Shown here in pieces: positions 20,052 through 30,061 of a stretch of DNA of 64,000 bases. The notes below the pieces were generated by a model. It did not search any database, had not been told where the DNA came from, and worked only from the letters and a program-made list of their open reading frames with translations. Position numbers and translations under genes: made by a program. The first letter of the stretch is position 1; every line of letters starts with the position of its first letter. The stretch lies in sequence record SRR20825019_647, one strand, 5' to 3'.

Positions 20052-23000
20052 AGGTTGGCCACGAAATGATCCTCGCGTCGGCGGGATCCGGAAAAACCTA
20101 TGCGCTGACCAATCGGTTTGTGCGGCTTTTGGCTTTGGGAGCGAAGCCTGAGCGAATCGTGGCCCTCACATTCACGCGCAAGGCGGCGGGCGAGTTTTTC
20201 GATGAGATCCTCAAAAAGCTCGCGCAGGCAGCGGGCGATGGTGAGACAGCGAAACATCTCGCCAAAGAGATCGAGGTGGCAGGACTCGGTTGTGCGGAAT
20301 TTCTGGCGATGTTGCGTCAACTGGTCGATGTGATGCATCGATTGCGATTGGGCACATTTGATGGATTCTTCTCCCGGATTGCGAAAAATTTCCCGCTCGA
20401 GCTCGGGTTGTCCGGCGAATTCGAGATGTTGCAGGATCACGCGGCTCAAGTGGAACGTGGCCGCGTCATGCGCCGGATGTTTGCGCGCAGCGGCTCGGTC
20501 TCCGGTGCGCAGAAGGAATTTATTGAAGCCTTTAAACTGGCGACCTTCGGGACGGATGATAAACGTCCGGGAGCGCGGTTGGGTCAGTTTATCGAAAAGT
20601 ATCAGGAAACTTTTCTGGCGGCACCGGAGCGTGATTTGTGGGGCAACCCGGCGCGGATCTGGCCACAGGGATGTGAGTGGTTTGCGGCGATCAAGCAGCG
20701 CGATAATGCGGTGAAATCACTGCGATCGGAAATCGCGATGGCGGATCTCAATGAGAAACAGCGCGCGCGTTGGGATTTGTTTTTTGCGGAGGTGGAGACG
20801 TGGTCTCCGGGGGTGCCGATGGGTAAGGGATTGGCTTATCTTTTTGGCAACGCGATCAAAGTCTGGCCGGAACTGGATACCATCATGGTCGAGCGCAAGA
20901 AGCAGGTGCTTTCACGAGCGGCCTCCGTTGCGCTCAAAGGCGTCGTGCAATCGATCATTGGGGCCGAATTCGCACGGCGGGTGGCCATGACGCAGGGGAT
21001 TTATGCGGTGATTGGCAATTACGAAGCCATTTACCATCGCGCGGTGAGAAGGGCGGGTAAGTTGAGCTTCGCCGACGTGCAGCGGTTACTTCTCCCGAGC
21101 GAAACCGGTGGGCGTCTGCTTTCGTGTGAAGACGGCAATGATCGCCGGCTGCTGATCGATTTCCGTCTCGATGCGGAGATTGATCATTGGCTGCTGGATG
21201 AATTCCAGGACACGAGTTTCGGACAATGGTCGGTGTTGAAAAATCTCATTGATGAAGCGGTGCAGGATCCGACGGGCGGGCGCAGCTTCTTTTATGTCGG
21301 TGATGTGAAGCAGGCGATTTATGCGTGGCGTGATGGTGATCCTCGACTCTTTCGAGAGATCTTTGACCGTTACAATGAGGAAGGTGTGGCGACGATTGTG
21401 GAAAAACACCTGGAGAAATCCTGGCGCTCCGGTCCGCCGGTCATCGCAATGGTGAATCAGGTGTTTGGAGATGAGCAGGTGTTGTCGGATCTGTTTCCGG
21501 GGGAAGCTTCCACATCATGGAATCGCGAATGGCGAAACCACTCGACGGCGAAACCGAGACAGAACGGCCACGCGGCGTTGCTTTATGGCGAGGATGAGGC
21601 CACGAGGTTTGAGACCACCCTAAAACTGTTGCACGAGATCGATCCGTTGGAGCGGGGGCTTTCAGTGGCGGTCTTGGTGCAAAAGAATGCGACAGCGTCC
21701 CGACTGGCGGATTATCTTCGTCGCGAGGGCGGGTTGTCGGCCGTGGCCGAATCCGATTTGCAAGTTTGCGTGGATAATCCGCTGGGGGCGGCTCTGCTCG
21801 CGATGATCAAGGGGGCGGCATTTCCGGGAGACACTTTATCCTGGCAACATGTGGCGATGACGCCTCTGGGAGAGGTGCTCGCGAGGGAGGGCGTGAAGAC
21901 ACCGGATCGGCTTACATCGGTCTTGTTGACGCAGATTTATACGGATGGCTTTGAGGAAACATGCCGGGGCTGGTGGCATAAGTTGGAAACGAAACTCGAG
22001 GCTGATGACGAATTTTGCCGATTGCGCGCCCGTCAGTTTTTGGCAGCGGCCGCGCAATTCGATGCGACCGGATCGCGGGATGTTGCGGAGTTCGTGGAGT
22101 TCATGTCGAGGTATGCGGTGCGCGAAGCTGATTCGGCTTCGGTGGTGCGTGTGATGACGATCCACAAATCGAAGGGACTGGGCTTCGATGTGGTGGTGTT
22201 GCCCGATCTTGAACGGAACAAGCTGGATCAGGCCCGGGATGGTCTCGCGGTTCGGCGGACGGCCGATCATGAAATCGAGTGGGTGTTGGACATGCCGGCG
22301 AAGGAGTTGGTGGCCTGCGACGACGTGCTGTCGGCTCAGTTGAGTGAAGCCGAGTCGGCGGGGTGTTACGAAAATCTCTCCCTGCTCTATGTCGCGATGA
22401 CGCGGGCGAAGCGTGGACTCTATCTGGTGATTAAGCCTCCGGGAAAAAGCTCATCTCGTAATTTCACCAAGCTTCTCGATGAAACTCTGGGCGGTGATGA
22501 GGAGGCGATTGAAATTGGGAATCTCAGAATTCCGGGCGCGTTCAGCTCGGGTGATCCCGAGTGGCACCGTCAACTGGTGTTGTCTGAAAAAGAGGCGCGA
22601 ACTGCCGAATCGCCGATGCGATTGGATCCGCGTAACGTCAAGAAGTCCACGCGGTTGGTGGCGCGACGCCCGAGTGATGCGAAATCAGGAGTTTGGCCGG
22701 CATCGAGTCTGTTTGCGGTTCAAACGGGTGATTCGGCGATGGATTTTGGACGACGGGTTCACGGAGCACTGGCCGAGGTGGAGTGGCTCGATGGGGATGG
22801 GTTGACGCGACTCCGGGAAAAGTGGGGCGTGCTCGGTGATGCGGAAACGCATGCGCTCAAGTGCCTGGAGGCGGAGGCGCTCACCGAGGTGTGGACGAAT
22901 CATGCTGGTGCGGGGCTGTGGAGAGAACGGATGTTCGAAATGGTGTTGGATGGAATCTGGATCACGGGGGTGTTTGACCGTGTCGTGATTGAGCACGATT

Positions 23001-23200
23001 CCGAGGGGAGAGCTCAGGGGGCGCATATCTACGACTTTAAGACCGATGATTCTGTTGATGGGGTGATCGAGCGGCATCAGCGTCAATTAAACCTCTACCG
23101 ACAGGCGGCAGCGCGGTTATTGGGAATCCCGCTGGCGTCAGTGCGCTGTTCATTGGTGATGACGCGAATGCAGCAAAGCATCGTGGTGCCTCTTAAATAA
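20048..23200 (+). CDS. addA: AddA-like UvrD helicase with C-terminal nuclease
   Basis: ASAGSGKT, TFTRKAA, DEFQDTS, GDVKQAIY, MTIHKSKGL, YVAMTRA, GVFDRV..YDFKT, QLNLY. Confidence 0.8.
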   Translation: MKVGHEMILASAGSGKTYALTNRFVRLLALGAKPERIVALTFTRKAAGEFFDEILKKLAQAAGDGETAKHLAKEIEVAGLGCAEFLAMLRQLVDVMHRLRLGTFDGFFSRIAKNFPLELGLSGEFEMLQDHAAQVERGRVMRRMFARSGSVSGAQKEFIEAFKLATFGTDDKRPGARLGQFIEKYQETFLAAPERDLWGNPARIWPQGCEWFAAIKQRDNAVKSLRSEIAMADLNEKQRARWDLFFAEVETWSPGVPMGKGLAYLFGNAIKVWPELDTIMVERKKQVLSRAASVALKGVVQSIIGAEFARRVAMTQGIYAVIGNYEAIYHRAVRRAGKLSFADVQRLLLPSETGGRLLSCEDGNDRRLLIDFRLDAEIDHWLLDEFQDTSFGQWSVLKNLIDEAVQDPTGGRSFFYVGDVKQAIYAWRDGDPRLFREIFDRYNEEGVATIVEKHLEKSWRSGPPVIAMVNQVFGDEQVLSDLFPGEASTSWNREWRNHSTAKPRQNGHAALLYGEDEATRFETTLKLLHEIDPLERGLSVAVLVQKNATASRLADYLRREGGLSAVAESDLQVCVDNPLGAALLAMIKGAAFPGDTLSWQHVAMTPLGEVLAREGVKTPDRLTSVLLTQIYTDGFEETCRGWWHKLETKLEADDEFCRLRARQFLAAAAQFDATGSRDVAEFVEFMSRYAVREADSASVVRVMTIHKSKGLGFDVVVLPDLERNKLDQARDGLAVRRTADHEIEWVLDMPAKELVACDDVLSAQLSEAESAGCYENLSLLYVAMTRAKRGLYLVIKPPGKSSSRNFTKLLDETLGGDEEAIEIGNLRIPGAFSSGDPEWHRQLVLSEKEARTAESPMRLDPRNVKKSTRLVARRPSDAKSGVWPASSLFAVQTGDSAMDFGRRVHGALAEVEWLDGDGLTRLREKWGVLGDAETHALKCLEAEALTEVWTNHAGAGLWRERMFEMVLDGIWITGVFDRVVIEHDSEGRAQGAHIYDFKTDDSVDGVIERHQRQLNLYRQAAARLLGIPLASVRCSLVMTRMQQSIVVPLK

Positions 23201-23374
23201 CGCATAAGAGGGTGTGGGGGCTGCTCCTGTTGGGAGCATTTTTGAGGATGATTGAAATTCAAAATTTATAAACACTTAATAATTAGTGTATTACGTGGAT
23301 AACATGCCCGAATAATTTTCGGGCTTTACAGCGCTGGGTCGGCCGCGCACTTTGTCAGGTTCACTTTATTAACC

Positions 23375-23470
23375 ATGGGCAATCTCAAAAAGAAACGTCG
23401 TCTCAAGATGTCACAGCACAAGCGCCGCAAGCGGCTTAAGTCGAACCGGCACAAGAAGCGCACTTGGTAA
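23375..23470 (+). CDS. 31-aa basic AURKAIP1/COX24 (bS22/mS38-like) small ribosomal protein, absent from the ORF track
   Basis: Hand translation [43 protein letters not shown] pattern; own terminator. Confidence 0.85.
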   Translation: MGNLKKKRRLKMSQHKRRKRLKSNRHKKRTW

Positions 23471-23520
23471 TTTGCGCCAGCGGTCCCGGATCCTAAGTCC
23501 GAGATCACGCTCCGTTTGGG

Positions 23521-23550
23521 GAAAGCCCGCCGAAGTCCGGCGGGCTTTTC
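23521..23550 (+). terminator. Rho-independent terminator
   Basis: AAAGCCCGCCG-aagtc-CGGCGGGCTTTT. Confidence 0.85.
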
Positions 23551-23750
23551 TCGTTTGGAGAGAAGACTTTAAAGAAAAGGTAAATGATTTGTAGCCGCTG
23601 TGTAAGGCTCCTTTTGCCTTGTATTTTCATCTAGGAATTGAGATCCTGAACGTCCTTTCACTCAATTCTTTCGGGACAGCTACCCCTCGGGACCACCTTT
23701 GTTACCTGCTGTCGCGCATCGTTCACTAACACCACTATCCACCCAGCCGT

Positions 23751-24812
23751 ATGCTGTTCTCAGCAAAGCAGAAAGGATTCTTCGTCGAATACAGCCCAGA
23801 TGCTGTGTTTGTCGCCCGAACTTCTTCACTCGTCGCACCGATGACAGTGGAGGAGATTCGAGAATGTGCGGTCGGCGATGGAAAAGCTCTGGCTGATGCG
23901 ATTGATCAACTCCAGCCCAAGAAACCGCCGAGTGGTTATCTCCATGCGGTTTGCGGGGTATATTCTCCCAGGCGGTTGGTGCGTCGCGTGACCTTGGAAG
24001 CGAAACGACTAAAGGATCCTGAGTATTTCAACGAGATTATCACCCAGCAACTCAGGGTCGAACCGGAACACTATGCGACGGTGGTAATCCACGCTGATGA
24101 TGGTAGTGACTTTGATCCCAGCAGTCCCTCTCCACGGAAAGATGTCCTGTTTGGCGGGATGCCAAACGAAGTGATTCAGGAGACGCAAACCACGCTGCTG
24201 GAAAGTGGTATTTTCCCGGAACGCTTGGAGCTCGGATCGCTTTCGACCTTGGGCGGATTGGTGAATTATCTGGCTCACAAGAAAGAGAAGAGCCCGACCT
24301 TGGTTCTCGAGGTGGGAGCGGAGGTCACTCATTCGTATATCGTCACCGGAGCCGGAGTCGAAGCCTCGCGTCCGATTCCTCAGGGTTTTGATTCCATGGT
24401 GCCGGTAGTGCAGAAGGAACTGGGCTTAAAGGACGCTGCATCCGCTCGAAAACTTTTTTTCTCCAACACTTTTGATTTCACCGGGATGGGACCCATTTTG
24501 ATCAAAAAATTGATGAAGGAACTCCATTCTTCGATTGGATTCTACGAAGTGCAGACCGGACAGTCCGTCGGTTTGCTCCACACGATGCTACTGCCTCCTA
24601 AATTGGCTTGGTTGAACACCGCTTTGGCCGGAGCTCTCGGGGTGGGGTCACTCAAAATAGATTTTGCTTCTTGGTTGGGAGATCGAGAAATCACCCTGTC
24701 AGAAACGGTGCAAAGCTCAGTGGATACCCGCTGGTTTGGGCTTTGCAGTCTGATGGTCAACCACAACGCCCAACCGTCCAACGCCGATGCTGTCGCTGAA
24801 AAAGAAGACTGA
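23751..24812 (+). CDS. Divergent PilM-like cytoplasmic protein
   Basis: First gene of secretin operon; TLVLEVG and ELHSSIGFYE motifs resemble the PilM/actin-fold C-terminal half. Confidence 0.55.
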   Translation: MLFSAKQKGFFVEYSPDAVFVARTSSLVAPMTVEEIRECAVGDGKALADAIDQLQPKKPPSGYLHAVCGVYSPRRLVRRVTLEAKRLKDPEYFNEIITQQLRVEPEHYATVVIHADDGSDFDPSSPSPRKDVLFGGMPNEVIQETQTTLLESGIFPERLELGSLSTLGGLVNYLAHKKEKSPTLVLEVGAEVTHSYIVTGAGVEASRPIPQGFDSMVPVVQKELGLKDAASARKLFFSNTFDFTGMGPILIKKLMKELHSSIGFYEVQTGQSVGLLHTMLLPPKLAWLNTALAGALGVGSLKIDFASWLGDREITLSETVQSSVDTRWFGLCSLMVNHNAQPSNADAVAEKED

Positions 24813-25416
24813 GACTTCCGGATCACAGACGGCCGCATGGCATCCTGATTTTCGTGATCGGGACAGTCTGCCTGATACCAAGGTGGTTCGCACGGCGTTT
24901 TTCGTGAATGGCATCGCGGTCGTGATCGCACTGAGTCTATTGATCAATTTCGGACTCAATGAATTGCAGATCCGCAGCCTGAAGACTCATTCCGAGGAGT
25001 GGGAGCAACGGATCGCCCACGATAAATCGAGCAGCAACCGCGTGGTCGCCCAATTTCGTAAATTTCAGACGGAAGAAAAGAAGCTCGCCGAGGTTGAGGA
25101 ATTTGTGAACTCCCGTCCTTCACTGGCAAACTTGGTGGCCAATATCGGCAGCACTTTACCTGAGAATCTCGCGATAGATTCCTTCGATCTAAGGGATAAT
25201 ATTCTGACGCTGCGAGCGACCGTGCGGGGTGCTCCGGACAAGGCGAGTGGCTATGCCTCCTCCTATGTGGATATTCTCCGCGCGGCTCCGGAGTTCGCGG
25301 ATCTCTTTCAACGGGTTAGCCTGACCAATTTAAATCGAGTGGCTGATACGGGAAGACTGGCGATTGAAGTCGTGGTGGAGCTTTCGGATCCGATGGCGAA
25401 AGGAGGAAAGAAGTAA
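24787..25416 (+). CDS. PilN-like bitopic membrane protein
   Basis: Single TM, coiled coil, LP.NL.I.SF...LTLRA pattern; operon position. Confidence 0.6.
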   Translation: MLSLKKKTETSGSQTAAWHPDFRDRDSLPDTKVVRTAFFVNGIAVVIALSLLINFGLNELQIRSLKTHSEEWEQRIAHDKSSSNRVVAQFRKFQTEEKKLAEVEEFVNSRPSLANLVANIGSTLPENLAIDSFDLRDNILTLRATVRGAPDKASGYASSYVDILRAAPEFADLFQRVSLTNLNRVADTGRLAIEVVVELSDPMAKGGKK

Positions 25417-25418
25417 CC

Positions 25419-26033
25419 ATGGCGATTTCCAATGAACAACTCCTCGCCGGGATTAAGAAAAACCCCCTGATCGTAGCCTGTGTGGCGGTGGTCCTCTTAA
25501 TCGGTGTGGGCATGTATCTTCGCGGCGGTTTGGAGGCCGAGCTTACGGCGGAACTGGAAGAACGAACTCGGACGGGCCAACGGATGGCGAACAATCTGAA
25601 ATTTTCCGTCAGACTCGATGAACAACTGGCGATGATGACGCAGAGCCGCGAGAAGATGGAATCGCGTCTGGTCGATGAAGGTCAGTTGGCCGTAAATCTC
25701 CAATACTTCTATGCATTGGAGTCCTCCACGGGCACGCAGCTGACCGACTTGCGCCAGATGTCCGATCACTCACGGGTGCCTGATACGAGAAATAAACAAA
25801 GGAAGACCACCTATCAGCCGATTAGCTATGCAGTCGCGTTAACCGGTAATTACGAACAGGTGATGTCCTTCTTACAGCAGCTGGAGGCAGGAACGCATTT
25901 TTGCAGAGTGATGAATGCCAGTTTGATCCCCTCGGCGGGGGGAGGGATCGGCGGTGCGGAGTCCCGAAACACAAATTTCCGCTCTGACATGTTAACCCTG
26001 ACTCTCTCACTTGAACTCTTGGGACAACCATGA
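25419..26033 (+). CDS. PilO-like protein
   Basis: Single TM, coiled coil, LTGNYEQVMSFLQQLE motif. Confidence 0.65.
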   Translation: MAISNEQLLAGIKKNPLIVACVAVVLLIGVGMYLRGGLEAELTAELEERTRTGQRMANNLKFSVRLDEQLAMMTQSREKMESRLVDEGQLAVNLQYFYALESSTGTQLTDLRQMSDHSRVPDTRNKQRKTTYQPISYAVALTGNYEQVMSFLQQLEAGTHFCRVMNASLIPSAGGGIGGAESRNTNFRSDMLTLTLSLELLGQP

Positions 26034-26551
26034 AGACACTTCGATTACTCTTTGTCTTTGCGGGACTGCTGATCAGCCAATTGGTCGGTATGGCACAGGG
26101 CTCCGATTTAGCTTCACCTCAGAAGCGCGATGCCTCCGTGGCCCGCGCCGAGGAATTGCTCAAGTCTCCGGAATTTGAGCAGCCAGCCGGTGAAATGGTA
26201 TCACCATTTGCACCACCGAATTTTGATCAACCCGATCCCGAAGAGCTACTTGCCCAACAGACCGCCGCTGCGTTGTCGTTAGCGGCCGCTGGGGAGTCGC
26301 GTCCGATGGGGCCTCGTGGGGTTTTGGAGATGCTGGCGGAACGCATCGTTCCTTCGGGGATTCTTCGGATCGGCGGCACGTCCATTCTCCTCTTTGGTCA
26401 AAAAAAGCTAAAAGTGGGCGATCGTCTCACAATTACCTTTGACGGAGTTGATTACACTTTAGACATCACCCAGATCGGTAGCACTACCTTTACTCTTCGT
26501 TTTCAAGGCGAAGAGATCGCCCGGTCGATCAAACCAGGAAATACGCCATGA
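26030..26551 (+). CDS. Exported protein, PilP-like by position
   Basis: Signal peptide, SPF motif, beta-rich LKVGD C-terminus; directly before the secretin. Confidence 0.5.
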   Translation: MKTLRLLFVFAGLLISQLVGMAQGSDLASPQKRDASVARAEELLKSPEFEQPAGEMVSPFAPPNFDQPDPEELLAQQTAAALSLAAAGESRPMGPRGVLEMLAERIVPSGILRIGGTSILLFGQKKLKVGDRLTITFDGVDYTLDITQIGSTTFTLRFQGEEIARSIKPGNTP

Positions 26552-28254
26552 GAACACGCCCCTACGCTTCCACTGTCTTCTTGACCGCTGCCTTGTTGGT
26601 AACCCCGGCATGGGGGCAGGAAAACTTTGCGGATAGAACCGCCTCCCAGGATCCCGCGCCCGAGGTTCAGGAGGTCGCCCCGGCTGAACCGGAGTTAATC
26701 ATTCAGGGGGCCGAGCCCATTGCCAGCACCGCGACGAAGAGCACCAATGACTTTGGTGCCGACACGTTGTCCGTCGATTTTCCGGATGAGGATATCCGGA
26801 ATATCCTGCGTAACGTGGCCGACCTTTTTGAGCTCAATCTGGTGGTGCCCGATACCTTGCAGGGGCGCACCTCGATCAAGCTGCGCGATGTGTCTTGGCG
26901 TCAGATTTATCAGGTGGTGTTGACCCCGGTCGGCTTCACTTATGTGGAGGATGGCAATATTATCAAAGTGGTGAGCAATGAAAGCCTGTTACAGGAACCT
27001 GTTGCCACCGAGGTCTTCGTTCTCAACTACGCGGAAGCCGCGGATATTCTTCCTACCTTGGCATCGCTGGTTGATCCTGCGGTGGGTGGGAAGATCGTCG
27101 TAAATAGCCGTAGTAATGCGTTGGTCATTACCGAGCGTCCCTCCCGCATGAACCGGATTCGGCCGATCTTGGAAACCTTGGATAAGGCGACCTCTCAGGT
27201 GATGATCGAATCGAAATTCGTCGAAGTGACTGATAGTGATATCAAAAATATTGGGGTGAATTGGGCATCACTTAGCGGCTACAATCTTTCCGGGAGCGTA
27301 AATCGCCAATATGACAATACGGATGGTCGCACCACGTCAGCCAACCGTGGTGAGACCAATATCGACGTTCCTTTTATGCAGAATGGCTATGAACGTGCGG
27401 ATGACATGGCTAGTCGTAATGATGGCAGCGGTGGGGTTAATCCGAACCCGAATACCGGGATTGGTCCCCCCTATGATGTTGATCCCAATACTGGCGGACG
27501 TTCCTACGCAAATCTAGGACCCAGTTCTCAAATTGATCAACTTTTCAGTGGCGGACTCACCCGTGCGACCACTGCGGTCTTTAATGCCCCACAGTTTAAC
27601 TTGATCCTGAGTGCACTCAAGACCCAGAACGATACCAAGCTGGTTTCGAACCCGACGGTGGTTACACTGAACAATACCGAGGCAACGATCAATATTGGTA
27701 AGGAATATCCGATTCCTAACTACACCTATAATCAGGAACGTGGGACCTATGAAGTGAGCGGTTTTGAATATCGTCCCATTGGGATTATTCTGAAAGTCAC
27801 GCCACAGGTTAATTCTCGTGGGTTCATCAAACTGAACATTGAGCCCGAGGTAAGTAGTTCCAATGAATCCACTACTTTTGGCACGGCGACGATTCCGATC
27901 GTCACGACACGCAAGACGGTCACCCAGGTTTCCCTTCGGGATGGTTATACAATGGGTATCGGCGGGTTGATTGAAAATACGATCACGGATGACTCCTCGA
28001 AGGTGCCGGTTTTGGGATCGATTCCGGTTCTGGGTCGTCTCTTCCGTTCGTCGTCCAAGAGAGATGAACGTCGTAACCTGATTATTTTTATCACGGCCAA
28101 AACAGTGAGTGCCGAAGGCGCGGCGATAGAGGAAGTCTTTGATTCCCGCGCTGTCCGCCAACTGAACATGACTCGGGAGGATCTTCCAGGCTATCGCGAT
28201 GGCAGTGATCCGTTCCTGCCAAGTGAACCTCAGGGTGAATCGGAGAAAGATTGA
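26548..28254 (+). CDS. Secretin (PilQ/GspD family)
   Basis: SVDFPDEDIRNIL, QVMIESKFVEV, GIILKVTPQV, KVPVLGSIPVLGRLF, NLIIFITAK. Confidence 0.93.
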   Translation: MRTRPYASTVFLTAALLVTPAWGQENFADRTASQDPAPEVQEVAPAEPELIIQGAEPIASTATKSTNDFGADTLSVDFPDEDIRNILRNVADLFELNLVVPDTLQGRTSIKLRDVSWRQIYQVVLTPVGFTYVEDGNIIKVVSNESLLQEPVATEVFVLNYAEAADILPTLASLVDPAVGGKIVVNSRSNALVITERPSRMNRIRPILETLDKATSQVMIESKFVEVTDSDIKNIGVNWASLSGYNLSGSVNRQYDNTDGRTTSANRGETNIDVPFMQNGYERADDMASRNDGSGGVNPNPNTGIGPPYDVDPNTGGRSYANLGPSSQIDQLFSGGLTRATTAVFNAPQFNLILSALKTQNDTKLVSNPTVVTLNNTEATINIGKEYPIPNYTYNQERGTYEVSGFEYRPIGIILKVTPQVNSRGFIKLNIEPEVSSSNESTTFGTATIPIVTTRKTVTQVSLRDGYTMGIGGLIENTITDDSSKVPVLGSIPVLGRLFRSSSKRDERRNLIIFITAKTVSAEGAAIEEVFDSRAVRQLNMTREDLPGYRDGSDPFLPSEPQGESEKD

Positions 28255-28278
28255 TTCGCGAAGTTTGTTTTTTAACTT

Positions 28279-28309
28279 GGTCGCACCCTTAAAGGGTGCG
28301 GCCTTTTTT
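28279..28309 (+). terminator. Rho-independent terminator after the secretin
   Basis: GGTCGCACCCT-taa-AGGGTGCGGCC-TTTTTT. Confidence 0.8.
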
Positions 28310-28312
28310 AGG

Positions 28313-28921
28313 CTACCACCAACCGACGACATAGCCTTGGGCGGCTTTGATCGCGATAACACCGAAATTTTTCGTAGCGTGGGCGACGAAGCAGGGGAGG
28401 AGAGAGTGTCGGGGATTCCACCGCGCAAAACGCATCGAGTAGAACCAGAGTGAGAAAGCGAAAGCGGCTGCCGTGCTAAACGCCCCCTTGGTGGTTAAAG
28501 TGAGCGTGAATTCCTCGTCCCATTCCCAAAGGAAAGGATGGATCAGTGCAAAGAGTGCCGAGGCGATGATGATGCCAGCCCAACGGGCGGTGGCTCCGCG
28601 ATGGTTGATAACCAAGTAACCACGAAAGATAATCTCCTCAATGATTGGCGCGGCCAATGTGTAGAGAGCCAGGAGGATCGTAAGTTCCGATTGCTCGGTC
28701 ACGATGTTCAATTTGTATTCCCCCCAGGTCTCGCCGATGAGCAATAAAAGACTGCCAACGATCGCGATGATATAGGCATTACGAGGCGCGGAGGTTGCGC
28801 CGGGAAGTGCCTGGGGGTGGGGCTTTCCGATCAAATTGCTCCGATAGTCCTCACGCCAAAGTTTGCCCACATAGAGTGCAGCGGCCGTCATTATGAGGAG
28901 TAGCAGGGGATTTTCTGACAT
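28313..28921 (-). CDS. CPBP (CAAX/Abi) intramembrane metalloprotease
   Basis: APIIEEIIFRG, LFALIH, AHATKN; multiple TM helices. Confidence 0.9.
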   Translation of the reverse strand: MSENPLLLLIMTAAALYVGKLWREDYRSNLIGKPHPQALPGATSAPRNAYIIAIVGSLLLLIGETWGEYKLNIVTEQSELTILLALYTLAAPIIEEIIFRGYLVINHRGATARWAGIIIASALFALIHPFLWEWDEEFTLTLTTKGAFSTAAAFAFSLWFYSMRFARWNPRHSLLPCFVAHATKNFGVIAIKAAQGYVVGWW

Positions 28922-28979
28922 GCGAAGAAGTGACTATTGATTAGCTATTTTGGGAAGGACCCCTAGATTCGAATGCCTG

Positions 28980-30014
28980 ATGAGTTCCGTCCGTCGAGCT
29001 GAAACTCCCGTTGCCCCCGAGAATGCTTTTGGGGCGGTCTTTTCGCGTTTGCGTCCACACATGGCGGCATTGGACGACTTTCTGGCCCGGCAGGTGAGCG
29101 CGTTTGAGCCGGAGATCCGGGAAATGGCCGATTATTGTATCGATACCTCCGGCAAAAGAATTCGGCCGACCTTGGTCTTCCTCAGTGGTTGGCAATCGAA
29201 TGAAACTCCCACCGCGGATCTGGTGAAAGCCGCGGCTGTGGTTGAACTGGTTCACCTGGCGACACTCGTGCACGACGATATCATGGATGAGGCCGAGTTG
29301 CGCCGCAGTCGTCGCACGGCGGCCCGGGAATACGGATCCACCGCGGCGGTCCTGCTTGGGGATGCACTCTTTTCACACGCCTTGCATCTGGCCGCACAAT
29401 TTCCGACGACAGATGTCTGTCACATGGTCTCCGAATCGACGCGCAAAGTTTGCGCAGGTGAGATCGTGCAAACACTCCGGCGCGGCTCGACGCGGATCAC
29501 CCGGGAGGATTATTGGCGGATTATTGATCTGAAAACGGCCGAGCTCTTTCGCGTGTCCTGTTATTTGGGAGCAATGCTTTCCGGCGCAGATCAAGCGTAT
29601 GTGGAGGCGGTCGCCAAATTTGGCCGTCATCTCGGAATCGCCTACCAGATCTACGACGATCTGGCCGACTTTTTCGGAGATGAGGCACGGATTGGCAAAA
29701 CTTTGGGCACCGATTTTGAGAGCGGAAAAATCACTCTGCCTCTTTTGATGTTGTTGGAAAAATTACCCGACGCGGAACGCGCCGCACTGACCGAGGAAAT
29801 ATGTGGACGCCAACCCGGTCGGATGGAACTACGCCTGCGGCAAATGCAGGAACTCGATGTCTATCCTGCGGTCTCCGTCGCGGTGCAGAATGAAATTGAT
29901 GCCGCGAAGGAAGCGCTGGCTCCCTGGCCGGATGAGGCGCCGACGGCGCTGTTACTCCAGTTATGCGATGTTTTGGAAAGCCAAGTTGAGGGCTTGGAAG
30001 TTGGCGGGAATTAG
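28980..30014 (+). CDS. Long-chain polyprenyl diphosphate synthase
   Basis: GKRIRP, HDDIMD..RR, KTA, YDDLAD; start uncertain (28980 or 29061). Confidence 0.92.
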   Translation: MSSVRRAETPVAPENAFGAVFSRLRPHMAALDDFLARQVSAFEPEIREMADYCIDTSGKRIRPTLVFLSGWQSNETPTADLVKAAAVVELVHLATLVHDDIMDEAELRRSRRTAAREYGSTAAVLLGDALFSHALHLAAQFPTTDVCHMVSESTRKVCAGEIVQTLRRGSTRITREDYWRIIDLKTAELFRVSCYLGAMLSGADQAYVEAVAKFGRHLGIAYQIYDDLADFFGDEARIGKTLGTDFESGKITLPLLMLLEKLPDAERAALTEEICGRQPGRMELRLRQMQELDVYPAVSVAVQNEIDAAKEALAPWPDEAPTALLLQLCDVLESQVEGLEVGGN

Positions 30015-30061
30015 AAAAACCGTTTGCTCTGAATAACAAAAGAGGCTCTGATTGACGAGCG

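Noticed and set aside
23260-23300. AT-rich near-palindrome ACACT-taataatt-AGTGT as a dif site
   Set aside because: Poor match to the XerD arm TTATGTTAAAT; more likely promoter sequence of the small ORF.
28313-28921. CPBP protease as the prepilin peptidase
   Set aside because: Prepilin peptidases are A24 aspartic proteases; this is a CPBP family enzyme on the opposite strand behind a terminator.
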